Positions 14,400 through 28,599 of a stretch of DNA of 64,000 nt are shown one piece after another (the stretch's first letter is position 1; the number at the start of each line of letters is the position of its first letter). A model generated the notes under the pieces. That model ran no database searches. It was given only the letters and a program-made list of their open reading frames with translations, and was not told the DNA's origin. Source of the DNA: the human T2T-CHM13v2.0 reference genome, Homo sapiens. The stretch is taken from positions 29,632,001 to 29,696,000 of the forward strand of contig CP086569.2 of the NCBI GenBank assembly GCA_009914755.4, given 5' to 3'. A program made the position numbers and the translations under genes.

Positions 14400-17300
14400 A
14401 TGGAATCGAACCACAAGGAATGGACAGGAATAGAATGGTCTCGAATTGAATGGAATCGTATGGAATGGCATCAAACGGAATGGAATGGACAACCACGGAA
14501 TGGAATGCACTCGAATGCAATGGAGTCGAAACTAATGGACTGGAATAGAATGGACTCGACTGGTACGGACTCCAATGGAATGGAATCGAATGGAAGGGAA
14601 TCGAACGGAATGGACTCGAAGGGAAAAGACTGCAATGGAAAGGTCTCGAATGGAATGGAAATTAATGGAATGGAATGGAATCGAATGAAATGGAGTCAAA
14701 AGGAATGGAATCGAATGGCAAGAAATCGAATGTAATGGAATCGCAAGGAATTGATGTGAACGGAACGGAATGGAATGGAATCCAAAGGAATGGAATAGAA
14801 TGGAATGGAATCGAATGGAAAGGACTCGAATGGAAATCACTCGAATAGAATGCAATTTAATAAAATAGGATCAAATGGAATGGAATGGAATGGAAAGGAA
14901 TCGAAACGAAAGGAATGGAGACAGATGGAATGGAATGGAACAGAGAGCAATGGTATAGAATGGAATGGAATCATCTGGAATGGAATTGAATGGAATGGAA
15001 TAATATGAAATGGAATGGAATGGAATGGAATGGAATGCCCTTGAATTAAATGGACTGGAATGCAATGAACTCGAACAGAGTGGAATGGAAAGTGTTGAGA
15101 TAGAATGGAATGGACTCCTTCGGAATGGTGTAGTATGCAATGCAATCGACTGGCAGGGAATCAAAAGGAATGTAATGGAATGGATTGGACTGGAATGCAA
15201 TGGACTCGAATACATTGGAAACGGAATGCAAAGGAATGGAATGGAATAGTATGGAATGGAATGGAAAGGAATGGAGTGGAATAGACTAGAGTGGAATGGA
15301 ATGGACTGGAAAGCAATGGACTGGAATGGAACTTTCTTGAATGGACTGGAATCAAACGGAATGGAATGCAATGCAATCAAATGGCATGGAATAAAATAGA
15401 ATGAAAGAGAATCAAATGGAATTGAATCGAATGGAATCGAATGGATTGGAAAGGAATAGAATGGAATGGAATGGAATTGACTCAAATGGAATGGACTAGA
15501 ATGGAATGGATTCGAATGGAAGGCAAAGGAATGGAATCTATTGGAATGGACTGTAATGGAATGGAATGGAAGGGATTGGAATGGACTCGAATGGAATGGA
15601 CTGCAATAGAAAGGATTCGAATGGAATGAAAAAGAATTGAATGGAATAGAACAGAATGGAATCAAATCGAATGAAATGGAATGGAATAGAAAGGAATGTA
15701 ATGAAATGGAATGGAAAGGATTCGAATGGAATGCAATCGAATGGAATGGAATCGAACGGAATGGAATAAAATGGAAGAAAACTGGCAAGAAATGGAATCG
15801 AAATGAATGGAGTGTTATGGAATGGACTCAAAAGGAATTGAATGTAATAGAATGGAGTGGAGTGGACTCGAATATAATGGACTGGAATGGAATGAAATCA
15901 CACGGAATGGGAACGAATGGAATGGAATGGAAAGGAATGGAATCGAATGGAAAGGAATCGAATGGAAGGGAATGAAATTAAATCAACAGGAATGGAAGGG
16001 AATAGAATAGACGGTAATGGAATGGACTCGAATAGAATGGACACGAATGCTCAAATTGAATGGACTCGAATGGAATGGAAACGAAAGGAATGTCATCGAA
16101 TGGAATTGAATCGATTGGAATGAAATCGCGTAGAATGGAGTGGAATCAAATGGAATTGAATCGAAAGGAAAGGAAGCGAATGGACTGAAATGAAATGGAA
16201 TGGAATTGAATGGAAAGTAATGCAATGGAATAGAATGGAACGAAATTTCACGGAATGGAATCAAACTGTATGGAATCAAATCAATGCAATCAAATCAAAC
16301 GGAATGGAAAGGAATTGAATGGAGTAGATTGGATTGGATGGGATTGGAATGAAATGTACTGGAAAGGACTCGAATTTCATGAAACGGAATGGAATGAATT
16401 GGAACGGAATGGACTCGAATGGAATGGAATGTCATGGAATGGCATCAAATGGAATGGCATCAAATGGAATGGAATCGAATGCAATGGAATGCTATGGAAT
16501 GGAATGGAATGCATTGGAATGGAATGTCCTCTAATGGAATGGATTCGAGTGGAATGGAATCGAATATAATGGAGTCGAATGAAATGGAATTGAAAAGAAT
16601 GGGATCGAATACAATGGAATATACTGGAATGTAATGTAATGAACTCGAATGTAATTGACTGGAATGGAATGTACGTGAATGGAATGTAATCGAATGGAAA
16701 GTAATCCAATGGAATAGAATCTAATGCAATAAAATCGACTCAGATAGAGTAGAATGTAATGGAATGGAGTGCAGTGCAATGGAATGGAATGGAATGGAAT
16801 GCAATGGAATGGAATGGAATGGAATGGAATGGAATGGAATGGGATGGAATGGGATGGAATGGTATGGAATGGATAGTAATGGACTGGAGTGAAATGGACT
16901 GGAAAGGAATGGACTTAAATTGAAAGGGCTCGTAAGGAATGGAGACAAATGGAATGGTCTGGAATGGAATGAACACGAATGTAATGCAATCCAATAGAAT
17001 GGAGTCGAATGGCATGGATTATAAAGAAATGGAATCGAAGAGAATGGAAACAAATGGAATGGAATTGAATGGAATGGAATTGAATGGAATGGGAACGAAT
17101 GGAGTGAAATTGTATGCAGTAGAAGAGAATAGAATGGAATGCAAGCGAAAGGAAAGGAATGGATTGGAATGGAATGGAATTCATTGGAATGGAAGGGAAT
17201 GTAGTGTAATGGACAGGCCTGGAATAAAGTGGAATGCTACGGTCTCGAATGGAATAAAAATGTATGGAATGGAATGCAATGAAACGGAATCGAATGTCAT

Positions 17301-17968
17301 AGAATGTAATGGAATGCAAAAAAATGGAATCCAAAATCATTGACTGGAAAGGCTGGGTGTCGAAAGGAATTGACTCCAATGGAATGGAATCGAATGGAAT
17401 GGAAGTGAATAGAATCGAACTAAATCGAATGGAATGGAATTGATAGGAACGGAATGGAAAGGAATGCAATGATTTGGCATGGAATGGAATCGAATGGCAT
17501 CGAATGGAATCGAATGGAATGCAATGGAATGGAATGTATTAGAATGTAATGAACTTTAATGGAATGTACTCGAATGGATTCGACTGGAATGGAATGTTCT
17601 GGAAGTGAATGGACTCCAATGGAATGGATTCAAAAGGAATGGAATCGTACGGAATGGAATCTAGTGGAATGGAATTAAATGGAAATGAATCAAATTGAAT
17701 AGCACGGAATTGAATTGAATGGAATGGAATGCAATGGAATCTAATGAAACGGAAAGGAAAGGAATGGAATGGAATGGAATGGTCTGGAATGGAAAGGAAT
17801 CGAAACGAATGGAATGGAATCGAACTGAAGAGACTGGAATGGAATGCACTGGAATGGAAGGGAGTGTAATGGAAGGTTCTCGAAAAAAATGGAATCGAAT
17901 GGAATGGAATTGAATGGAACGGAATAGAGTCGAATGGAATTGAATGGAATGGAATGGACTAGAGTGAA
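14400..17968 (+). repeat. HOR copy 5 (3569 bp)
   Basis: Landmark recurrence at 14400 and 17969. Confidence 0.85.
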
Positions 17969-20900
17969 ATGGAATCGAACCACAAGGAATGGACAGGAAT
18001 AGAATGGTCTCGAATTGAATGGAATCGTATGGAATGGCATCAAACGGAATGGAATGGACAGCCACGGAATGGAATGCACTCGAATGCAATGGAGTCGAAA
18101 CTAATGGACTGGAATAGAATGGACTCGACTGGTACGGACTCCAATGGAATGGAATCGAATGGAAGGGAATCGTACGGAATGGACTCGAAGGGAAAAGACT
18201 GCAATGGAAAGGTCTCGAATGGAATGGAAATTAATGGAATGGAATGGAATCGAATGAAATGGAGGCAAAAGGAATGGAATCGAATGGCAAGAAATCGAAT
18301 GTAATGGAATCGCAAGGAATTGATGTGAACGGAACGGAATGGAATGGAATCCAAAGGAATGGAATAGAATGGAATGGAATCGAATGGAAAGGACTCGAAT
18401 GGAAATCACTCGAATAAAATGCAATTTAATAAAATAGGATAAAATGTAATGGAATGGAATGGAAAGGAATCGAAACGAAAGGAATGGAGACAGATGGAAT
18501 GGAATGGAACAGAGAGCAATGGTATAGAATGGAATGGAATCATCTGGAATGCAATTGAATGGAATGGAATAATATGAAATGGAATGGAATGGAATGGAAT
18601 GGAATGGAATGCCCTTGAATTAAATGGACTGGACTAGAACAGAGTGGAATGGAAAGTGTTGAGATAGAATGGAATGGACTCCTTCGGAATGGTCTAGTAT
18701 GCAATGCAATCGACTGGCAGGGAATCAAAAGGAATGTAATCGAATGGATTGGACTGGAATGCAATGGACTCGAATAGATTGGAAACGGAATGCAAAGGAA
18801 TGGAATGGAATAGTATGGAATGGAATGGAAAGGAATGGAGTGGAATAGACTAGAGTGGAATGGAATGGACTGGAAAGCAATGGACTGGAATGGAACTTTC
18901 TTGAATGGACTGGAATCAAACGGAATGGAATGCAATGCAATCAAATGGCATGGAATAAAGTAGAATGAAAGAGAATCAAATGGAATTGAATCGAATGGAA
19001 TCGAATGGATTGGAAAGGAATAGAATGGAATGGAATGGAATTGACTCAAATGGAATGGACTAGAATGGAATGGATTCGAATGGAAGGCAAAGGAATGGAA
19101 TCTATTGGAATGGACTGTAATAGAATGGAATGGAAGGGATTGGAATGGACTCGAATGGAATGGACTGCAATAGAAAGGATTCGAATGGAATGAAAAAGAA
19201 TTGAATGGAATAGAACAGAATGGAATCAAATCGAATGAAATGGAATGGAATAGAAAGGAATGGAATGAAATGGAATGGAAAGGATTCGAATGGAATGCAA
19301 TCGAATGGAATGGAATCGAACGGAATGGAATAAAATGGAAGCAAACTGGCAAGAAATGGAATCGAAATGAATGGAGTGTTATGGAACGGACTCAAAAGGA
19401 ATTGAATGTAATAGAATGGAGTGGAGTGGACTCGAATATAATGGACTGGAATGGAATGAAATCACATGGAATGGGAACGAATGGAATGGAATGGAAAGGA
19501 ATGGAATCGAATGGAAAGGAATCGAACGGAAGGGAATGAAATTGAATCAACAGGAATGGAAGGGAATAGAATAGACGGTAATGGAATGGACTCGAATAGA
19601 ATGGACACGAATGCTCAAATTGAATGGACTCGAATGGAATGGAAACGAAAGGAATGTCATCGAATGGAATTGAATCGATTGGAATGAAATCGCATAGAAT
19701 GGAGTGGAATCAAATGGAATTGAATCGAAAGGAAAGGAAGCGAATGGACTGAAATGAAATGGAATGGAATTGAATGGAAATTAATGCAATGGAATAGAAT
19801 GGAACGAAATTTCACGGAATGGAATCAAACTGAATGGAATCAAATCAATGGAATCAAATCAAATGGAATGGAAAGGAATTGAATGGAGTAGATTGGATTG
19901 GATGGGATTGGAATGAAATGTACTGGAAAGGACTCGAATTTCATGAAACGGAATGGAATGAATTGGAACGGAATGGACTCGAATGGAATGGAATGTCATG
20001 GAATGGCATCAAATGGAATGGCATCAAATGGAATGGAATCGAATGCAATGGAATGCTATGGAATGGAATGGAATGCATTGGAATGGAATGTCCTCTAATG
20101 GAATGGATTCGAGTGGAATGGAATCGAATAAAATGGAGTCGAATGAAATGGAATTGGAAGGAATGGGATCGAATACTATGGAATATAATGGAATGTAATG
20201 TAATGAACTCGAATATAATTGACTGGAATGGAATGTACATGAATGGAATGTAATCGAATGGAAAGTAATCCAATGGAATAGAATCTAATGCAATAAAATC
20301 GACTCAGATAGTGTAGAATGTAATGGAATGGAGTGCAGTGCAATGGAATGGAATGGAATGGAATGCAATGGAATGGAATGGAATGGAATGGAATGGAATG
20401 GGATGGAATGGGATGGAATGGTATGGAATGGATAGTAATGGACTGGAGTGAAATGGACTGGAAAGGAATGGACTCAAATTGAAAGGGCTCGAAAGGAATG
20501 GAGACAAATGGAATGGTCTGGAATGGAATGAACACGAATGTAATGCAATCCAATAGAATGGAGTCGAATGGCATGGATTATAAAGAAATGGAATCGAAGA
20601 GAATGGAAACAAATGGAATTTAATTGAATGGAATGGAATTGAATGGAATGGGAACGAATGGAGTGAAATTGTATGCAGTAGAAGAGAATAGAATGGAATG
20701 CAAGCGAAAGGAAAGGAATGGATTGGAATGGAATGGAATTCATTGGAATGGAAGGGAATGTAGTGTAATGGACAGGCCTGGAATAAAGTGGAATGCTACG
20801 GTCTCGAATGGAATAAAAATGTATGGAATGGAATGCAATGAAACGGAATCGAATGTCATAGAATGTAATGGAATGCAAAAAAATGGAATCCAAAATCATT

Positions 20901-21507
20901 GACTGGAAAGGCTGGGTGTCGAAAGGAATTGACTCCAATGGAATGGAATCGAATGGAATGGAAGTGAATAGAATCGAACTAAATCGAATGGAATGGAATT
21001 GATAGGAACGGAATGGAAAGGAATGCAATGATTTGGCATGGAATGGAATCGAATGGAATGCAATGGAATGGAATGTATTAGAATGTAATGAACTTTAATG
21101 GAATGTACTCGAATGGATTCGACTGGAATGGAATGTTCTGGAAGTGAATGGACTCCAATGGAATGGATTCAAAAGGAATGGAATCGTACGGAATGGAATC
21201 TAATGGAATGGAATTAAATGGAAATGAATCAAATTGAATAGCACGGAATTGAATTGAATGGAATGGAATGCAATGGAATCTAATGAAACGGAAAGGAAAG
21301 GAATGGAATGGAATGGAATGGTCTGGAATGGAAAGGAATCGAAACGAATCGAATGGAATCGAACTGAAGAGACTTTAATGGAATGCACTGGAATGGAAGG
21401 GAGTGTAATGGAAGGTTCTCGAAAAAAATGGAATCGAATGGAATGGAATTGAATGGAACGGAATAGAGTCGAATGGAATTGAATGGAATGGAATGGACTA
21501 GAGTGAA
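17969..21507 (+). repeat. HOR copy 6 (3539 bp)
   Basis: Landmark recurrence. It shares derived variants with copy 7, namely aatttaattgaatgg at ~20617 and a 10-bp deletion at ~18625. Confidence 0.85.
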
Positions 21508-24500
21508 ATGGAATCGAACCACAAGGAATGGACAGTAATAGAATGGTCTCGAATTGAATGGAATCGTATGGAATGGCATCAAACGGAATGGAATGGACAG
21601 CCACGGAATGGAATGCACTCGAATGCAATGGAGTCGAAACTAATGGACTGGAATAGAATGGACTCGACTGGTACGGACTCCAATGGAATGGAATCGAATG
21701 GAAGGGAATCGAACGGAATGGACTCGAAGGGAAAAGACTGCAATGGAAAGGTCTCGAATGGAATGGAAATTAATGGAATGGAATGGAATCGAATGAAATG
21801 GAGTCAAAAGGAATGGAATCGAATGGCAAGAAATCGAATGTAATGGAATCGCAAGGAATTGATGTGAACGGAACGGAATGGAATGGAATCCAAAGGAATG
21901 GAATAGAATGGAATGGAATCGAATGGAAAGGACTCGAATGGAAATCACTCGAATAGAATGCAATTTAATAAAATAGGATCAAATGTAATGGAATGGAATG
22001 GAAAGGAATCGAAACGAAAGGAATGGAGACAGATGGAATGGAATGGAACAGAGAGCAATGGTATAGAATGGAATGGAATCATCTGGAATGGAATTGAATG
22101 GAATGGAATAATATGAAATGGAATGGAATGGAATGGAATGGAATGGAATGCCCTTGAATTAAATGGACTGGACTCGAACAGAGTGGAATGGAAAGTGTTG
22201 AGATAGAATGGAATGGACTCCTTCGGAATGGTCTAGTATGCAATGCAATCGACTGGCAGGGAATCAAAAGGAATGTAATGGAATGGATTGGACTGGAATG
22301 CAATGGACTCGAATAGATTGGAAACGGAATGCAAAGGAATGGAATGGAATAGTATGGAATGGAATGGAAAGGAATGGAGTGGAATAGACTAGAGTGGAAT
22401 GGAATGGACTGGAAAGCAATGGACTGGAATGGAACTTTCTTGAATGGACTGGAATCAAACGGAATGGAATGCAATGCAATCAAATGGCATGGAATAAAAT
22501 AGAATGAAAGAGAATCAAATGGAATTGAATCGAATGGAATCGAATGGATTGGAAAGGAATAGAATGGAATGGAATGGAATTGACTCAAATGGAATGGACT
22601 AGAATGGAATGGATTCGAATGGAAGGCAAAGGAATGGAATCTATTGGAATGGACTGTAATGGAATGGAATGGAAGGGATTGGAATGGACTCGAATGGAAT
22701 GGACTGCAATAGAAAGGATTCGAATGGAATGAAAAAGAATTGAATGGAATAGAACAGAATGGAATCAAATCGAATGAAATGGAATGGAATAGAAAGGAAT
22801 GGAATGAAATGGAATGGAAAGGATTCGAATGGAATGCAATCGAATGGAATGGAATCGAACGGAATGGAATAAAATGGAAGAAAACTGGCAAGAAATGGAA
22901 TCGAAATGAATGGAGTGTTATGGAACGGACTCAAAAGGAATTGAATGTAATAGAATGGAGTGGAGTGGACTCGAATATAATGGACTGGAATGGAATGAAA
23001 TCACATGGAATGGGAACGAATGGAATGGAATGGAAAGGAATGGAATCGAATGGAAAGGAATCGAATGGAAGGGAATGAAATTGAATCAACAGGAATGGAA
23101 GGGAATAGAATAGACGGTAATGGAATGGACTCGAATAGAATGGACACGAATGCTCAAATTGAATGGACTCGAATGGAATGGAAACGAAAGGAATGTCATC
23201 GAATGGAATTGAATCGATTGGAATGAAATCGCATAGAATGGAGTGGAATCAAATGGAATTGAATCGAAAGGAAAGGAAGCGAATGGACTGAAATGAAATG
23301 GAATGGAATTGAATGGAAATTAATGCAATGGAATAGAATGGAACGAAATTTCACGGAATGGAATCAAACTGAATGGAATCAAATCAATGGAATCAAATCA
23401 AATGGAATGGAAAGGAATTGAATGGAGTAGATTGGATTGGATGGGATTGGAATGAAATGTACTGGAAAGGACTCGAATTTCATGAAACGGAATGGAATGA
23501 ATTGGAACGGAATGGACTCGAATGGAATGGAATGTCATGGAATGGCATCAAATGGAATGGCATCAAATGGAATGGAATCGAATGCAATGGAATGCTATGG
23601 AATGGAATGGAATGCATTGGAATGGAATGTCCTCTAATGGAATGGATTCGAGTGGAATGGAATCGAATAAAATGGAGTCGAATGAAATGGAATTGGAAGG
23701 AATGGGATCGAATACTATGGAATATAATGGAATGTAATGTAATGAACTCGAATATAATTGACTGGAATGGAATGTACATGAATGGAATGTAATCGAATGG
23801 AAAGTAATCCAATGGAATAGAATCTAATGCAATAAAATCGACTCAGATAGAGTAGAATGTAATGGAATGGAGTGCAGTGCAATGGAATGGAATGGAATGG
23901 AATGGAATGGAATGGAATGGAATGGAATGGGATGGAATGGGATGGAATGGTATGGAATGGATAGTAATGGACTGGAGTGAAATGGACTGGAAAGGAATGG
24001 ACTCAAATTGAAAGGGCTCGAAAGGAATGGAGACAAATGGAATGGTCTGGAATGGAATGAACACGAATGTAATGCAATCCAATAGAATGGAGTCGAATGG
24101 CATGGATTATAAAGAAATGGAATCGAAGAGAATGGAAACAAATGGAATTTAATTGAATGGAATGGAATTGAATGGAATGGGAACGAATGGAGTGAAATTG
24201 TATGCAGTAGAAGAGAATAGAATGGAATGCAAGCGAAAGGAAAGGAATGGATTGGAATGGAATGGAATTCATTGGAATGGAAGGGAATGTAGTGTAATGG
24301 ACAGGCCTGGAATAAAGTGGAATGCTACGGTCTCGAATGGAATAAAAATGTATGGAATGGAATGCAATGAAACGGAATCGAATGTCATAGAATGTAATGG
24401 AATGCAAAAAAATGGACTCCAAAATCATTGACTGGAAAGGCTGGGTGTCGAAAGGAATTGACTCCAATGGAATGGAATCGAATGGAATGGAAGTGAATAG

Positions 24501-25056
24501 AATCGAACTAAATCGAATGGAATGGAATTGATAGGAACGGAATGGAAAGGAATGCAATGATTTGGCATGGAATGGAATCGAATGGCATCGAATGGAATGG
24601 AATGGAATGCAATGGAATGGAATGTATTAGAATGTAATGAACTTTAATGGAATGTACTCGAATGGATTCGACTGGAATGGAATGTTCTGGAAGTGAATGG
24701 ACTCCAATGGAATGGATTCAAAAGGAATGGAATCGTACGGAATGGAATCTAATGGAATGGAATTAAATGGAAATGAATCAAATTGAATAGCACGGAATTG
24801 AATTGAATGGAATGGAATGCAATGGAATCTAATGAAACGGAAAGGAAAGGAATGGAATGGAATGGAATGGGCTGGAATGGAAAGGAATCGAAACGAATGG
24901 AATGGAATCGAACTGAAGAGACTGGAATGGAATGCACTGGAATGGAAGGGAGTGTAATGGAAGGTTCTCGAAAAAAATGGAATCGAATGGAATGGAATTG
25001 AATGGAACGGAATAGAGTCGAATGGAATTGAATGGAATGGAATGGACTAGAGTGAA
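21508..25056 (+). repeat. HOR copy 7 (3549 bp), near-identical to copy 6
   Basis: The copy-6 variants recur at ~24147 and ~22165. The ORF-track peptides of copies 6 and 7 are identical over long stretches. Confidence 0.85.
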
Positions 25057-28000
25057 ATGGAATCGAACCACAAGGAATGGACAGGAATAGAATGGTCTCG
25101 AATTGAATGGAATCGTATGGAATGGCATCAAACGGAATGGAATGGACAGCCACGGAATGGAATGCACTCGAATGCAATGGAGTCGAAACTAATGGACTGG
25201 AATAGAATGGACTCGACTGGTACGGACTCCAATGGAATGGAATCGAATGGAAGGGAATCGAACGGAATGGACTCGAAGGGAAAAGACTGCAATGGAAAGG
25301 TCTCGAATGGAATGGAAATTAATGGAATGGAATGGAATCGAATGAAATGGAGTCAAAAGGAATGGAATCGAATGGCAAGAAATCGAATGTAATGGAATCG
25401 CAAGGAATTGATGTGAACGGAACGGAATGGAATGGAATCCAAAGGAATGGAATAGAATGGAATGGAATCGAATGGAAAGGACTCGAATGGAAATCACTCG
25501 AATAGAAAGCAATTTAATAAAATAGGATCAAATGTAATGGAATGGAATGGAAAGGAATCGAAACGAAAGGAATGGAGACAGATGGAATGGAATGGAACAG
25601 AGAGCAATGGTATAGAATGGAATGGAATCATCTGGAATGGAATTGAATGGAATGGAATAATATGAAATGGAATGGAATGGAATGGAATGGAATGGAATGC
25701 CCTTGAATTAAATGGACTGGACTCGAACAGAGTGGAATGGAAAGTGTTGAGATAGAATGGAATGGACTCCTTCGGAATGGTCTAGTATGCAATGCAATCG
25801 ACTGGCAGGGAATCAAAAGGAATGTAATGGAATGGATTGGACTGGAATGCAATGGACTCGAATAGATTGGAAACGGAATGCAAAGGAATGGAATGGAATA
25901 GTATGGAATGGAATGGAAAGGAATGGAGTGGAATAGACTAGAGTGGAATGGAATGGACTGGAAAGCAATGGACTGGAATGGAACTTTCTTGAATGGACTG
26001 GAATCAAACGGAATGGAATGCAATGCAATCAAATGGCATGGAATAAAATAGAATGAAAGAGAATCAAATGGAATTGAATCGAATGGAATCGAATGGATTG
26101 GAAAGGAATAGAATGGAATGGAATGGAATTGACTCAAATGGAATGGACTAGAATGGAATGGATTCGAATGGAAGGCAAAGGAATGGAATCTATTGGAATG
26201 GACTGTAATGGAATGGAATGGAAGGGATTGGAATGGACTCGAATGGAATGGACTGCAATAGAAAGGTTTCGAATGGAATGAAAAAGAATTGAATGGAATA
26301 GAACAGAATGGAATCAAATCGAATGAAATGGAATGGAATAGAAAGGAATGGAATGAAATGGAATGGAAAGGATTCGAATGGAATGCAATCGAATGGAATG
26401 GAATCGAACGGAATGGAATAAAATGGAAGAAAACTGGCAAGAAATGGAATCGAAATGAATGGAGTGTTATGGAACGGACTCAAAAGGAATTGAATGTAAT
26501 AGAATGGAGTGGAGTGGACTCGAATATAATGGACTGGAATGGAATGAAATCACATGGAATGGGAACGAATGGAATGGAATGGAAAGGAATGGAATCGAAT
26601 GGAAAGGAATCGAATGGAAGGGAATGAAATTGAATCAACAGGAATGGAAGGGAATAGAATAGACGGTAATGGAATGGACTCGAATAGAATGGACACGAAT
26701 GCTCAAATTGAATGGACTCCAATGGAATGGAAACGAAAGGAATGTCATCGAATGGAATTGAATCGATTGGAATGAAATCGCAAGAATGGAGTGGAATCAA
26801 ATGAAATTGAATCGAAAGGAAAGGAAGCGAATGGACTGAAATGAAATGGAATGGAATTGAATGGAAAGTAATGCAATGGAATAGAATGGAACGAAATTTC
26901 ACGGAATGGAATCAAACTGAAAGGAATCAAATCAATGGAATCTAATCAAATGGAATGGAAAGGAATTGAATGGAGTAGATTGGATTGGATGGGATTGGAG
27001 TGAAATGTCCTGGAAAGGACTCGAATTTCATGAAACGGAATGGAATGAATTGGAACGGAATGGACTCGAATGGAATGGAATGTCATGGAATGGCATCAAA
27101 TGGAATGGCATCAAATGGAATGGAATCGAATGCAATGGAATGCTATGGAATGGAATGGAATGCATTGGAATGGAATGTCCTCTAATGGAATGGATTCGAG
27201 TGGAATGGAATCGAATATAATGGAGTCGAATGAAATGGAATTGAAAGGAATGGGATCGAATACAATGGAATATACTGGAATGTAATGTAATGAACTCGAA
27301 TGTAATTGACTGGAATGGAATGTACATGAATGGAATGTAATCGAATGGAAAGTAATCCAATGGAATAGAATCTAATGCAATAAAATCGACTCAAATAGAG
27401 TAGAATGTAATGGAATGGAGTGCAGTGCAATGGAATGGAATGGAATGGAATGCAATGGAATGGAATGGAATGGAAAGGAATGGGATGGAATGGTATGGAA
27501 TGGATAGTAATGGACTGGAGTGAAATGGACTGGAAAGGAATGGACTCAAATTGAAAGGGCTCGAAAGGAATGGAGTCAAATGGAATGGTCTGGAATGGAA
27601 TGAACACGAATGTAATGCAATCCAATAGAATGGAATCGAATGGCATGGAATATAAAGAAATGGAATCGAAGAGAATGGAAACAAATGGAATGGAATTGAA
27701 TGGAATGGAATTGAATGGAATGGGAACGAATGGAGTGAAATTGTATGCAGTAGAAGAGAATAGAATGGAATGCAAGCGAAAGGAAAGGAATGGATTGGAA
27801 TGGAATGGAATTCATTGGAATGGAAGGGAATGTAGTGTAATGGACAGGCCTGGAATAAAGTGGAATGCTACGGTCTCGAATGGAATAAAAATGTATGCAA
27901 TGCAATGCAATGAAACGGAATCGAATGTCATACAATGTAATGGAATGCAAAAAAATGGAATCCAAAATCATTGACTGGAAAGGCTGGGTGTCGAAAGGAA

Positions 28001-28599
28001 TTGACTCCAATGGAATGGAATCGAATGGAATGGAAGTGAATAGAATCGAACTAAATCGAATGTAATGGAATTGATAGGAACGGAATGGAAAGGAATGCAA
28101 TGATTTTGCATGGAATGGAATCGAATGGCATCGAATGGAATGGAATGGAATGCAATGGAATGGAATGTATTAGAATGTAATGAACTTTAATGGAATGTAC
28201 TCGAATGGATTCGACTGGAATGGAATGTTCTGGAAGTGAATGGACTCCAATGGAATGGATTCAAAAGGAATGGAATCGTACGGAATGGAATCTAATGGAA
28301 TGGAATTAAATGGAAATGAATCAAATGGAATAGCACGGAATTGAATTGAATGGAATGGAATGCAATGGAATCTAATGAAACGGAAAGGAAAGGAATGGAA
28401 TGGAATGGAATGGGCTGGAATGGAAAGGAATCGAAACAAATGGAATGGAATCGAACTGAAGAGACTGGAATGGAATGCACTGGAATGGAAGGGAGTGTAA
28501 TGGAAGGTTCTCGAAAAAAATGGAATCGAATGGAATGGAATTGAGTGGAACGGAATAGAGTCGAATGGAATTGAATGGAATGGAATGGACTAGAGTGAA
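25057..28599 (+). repeat. HOR copy 8 (3543 bp)
   Basis: Landmark recurrence at 25057 and 28600. Confidence 0.85.
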
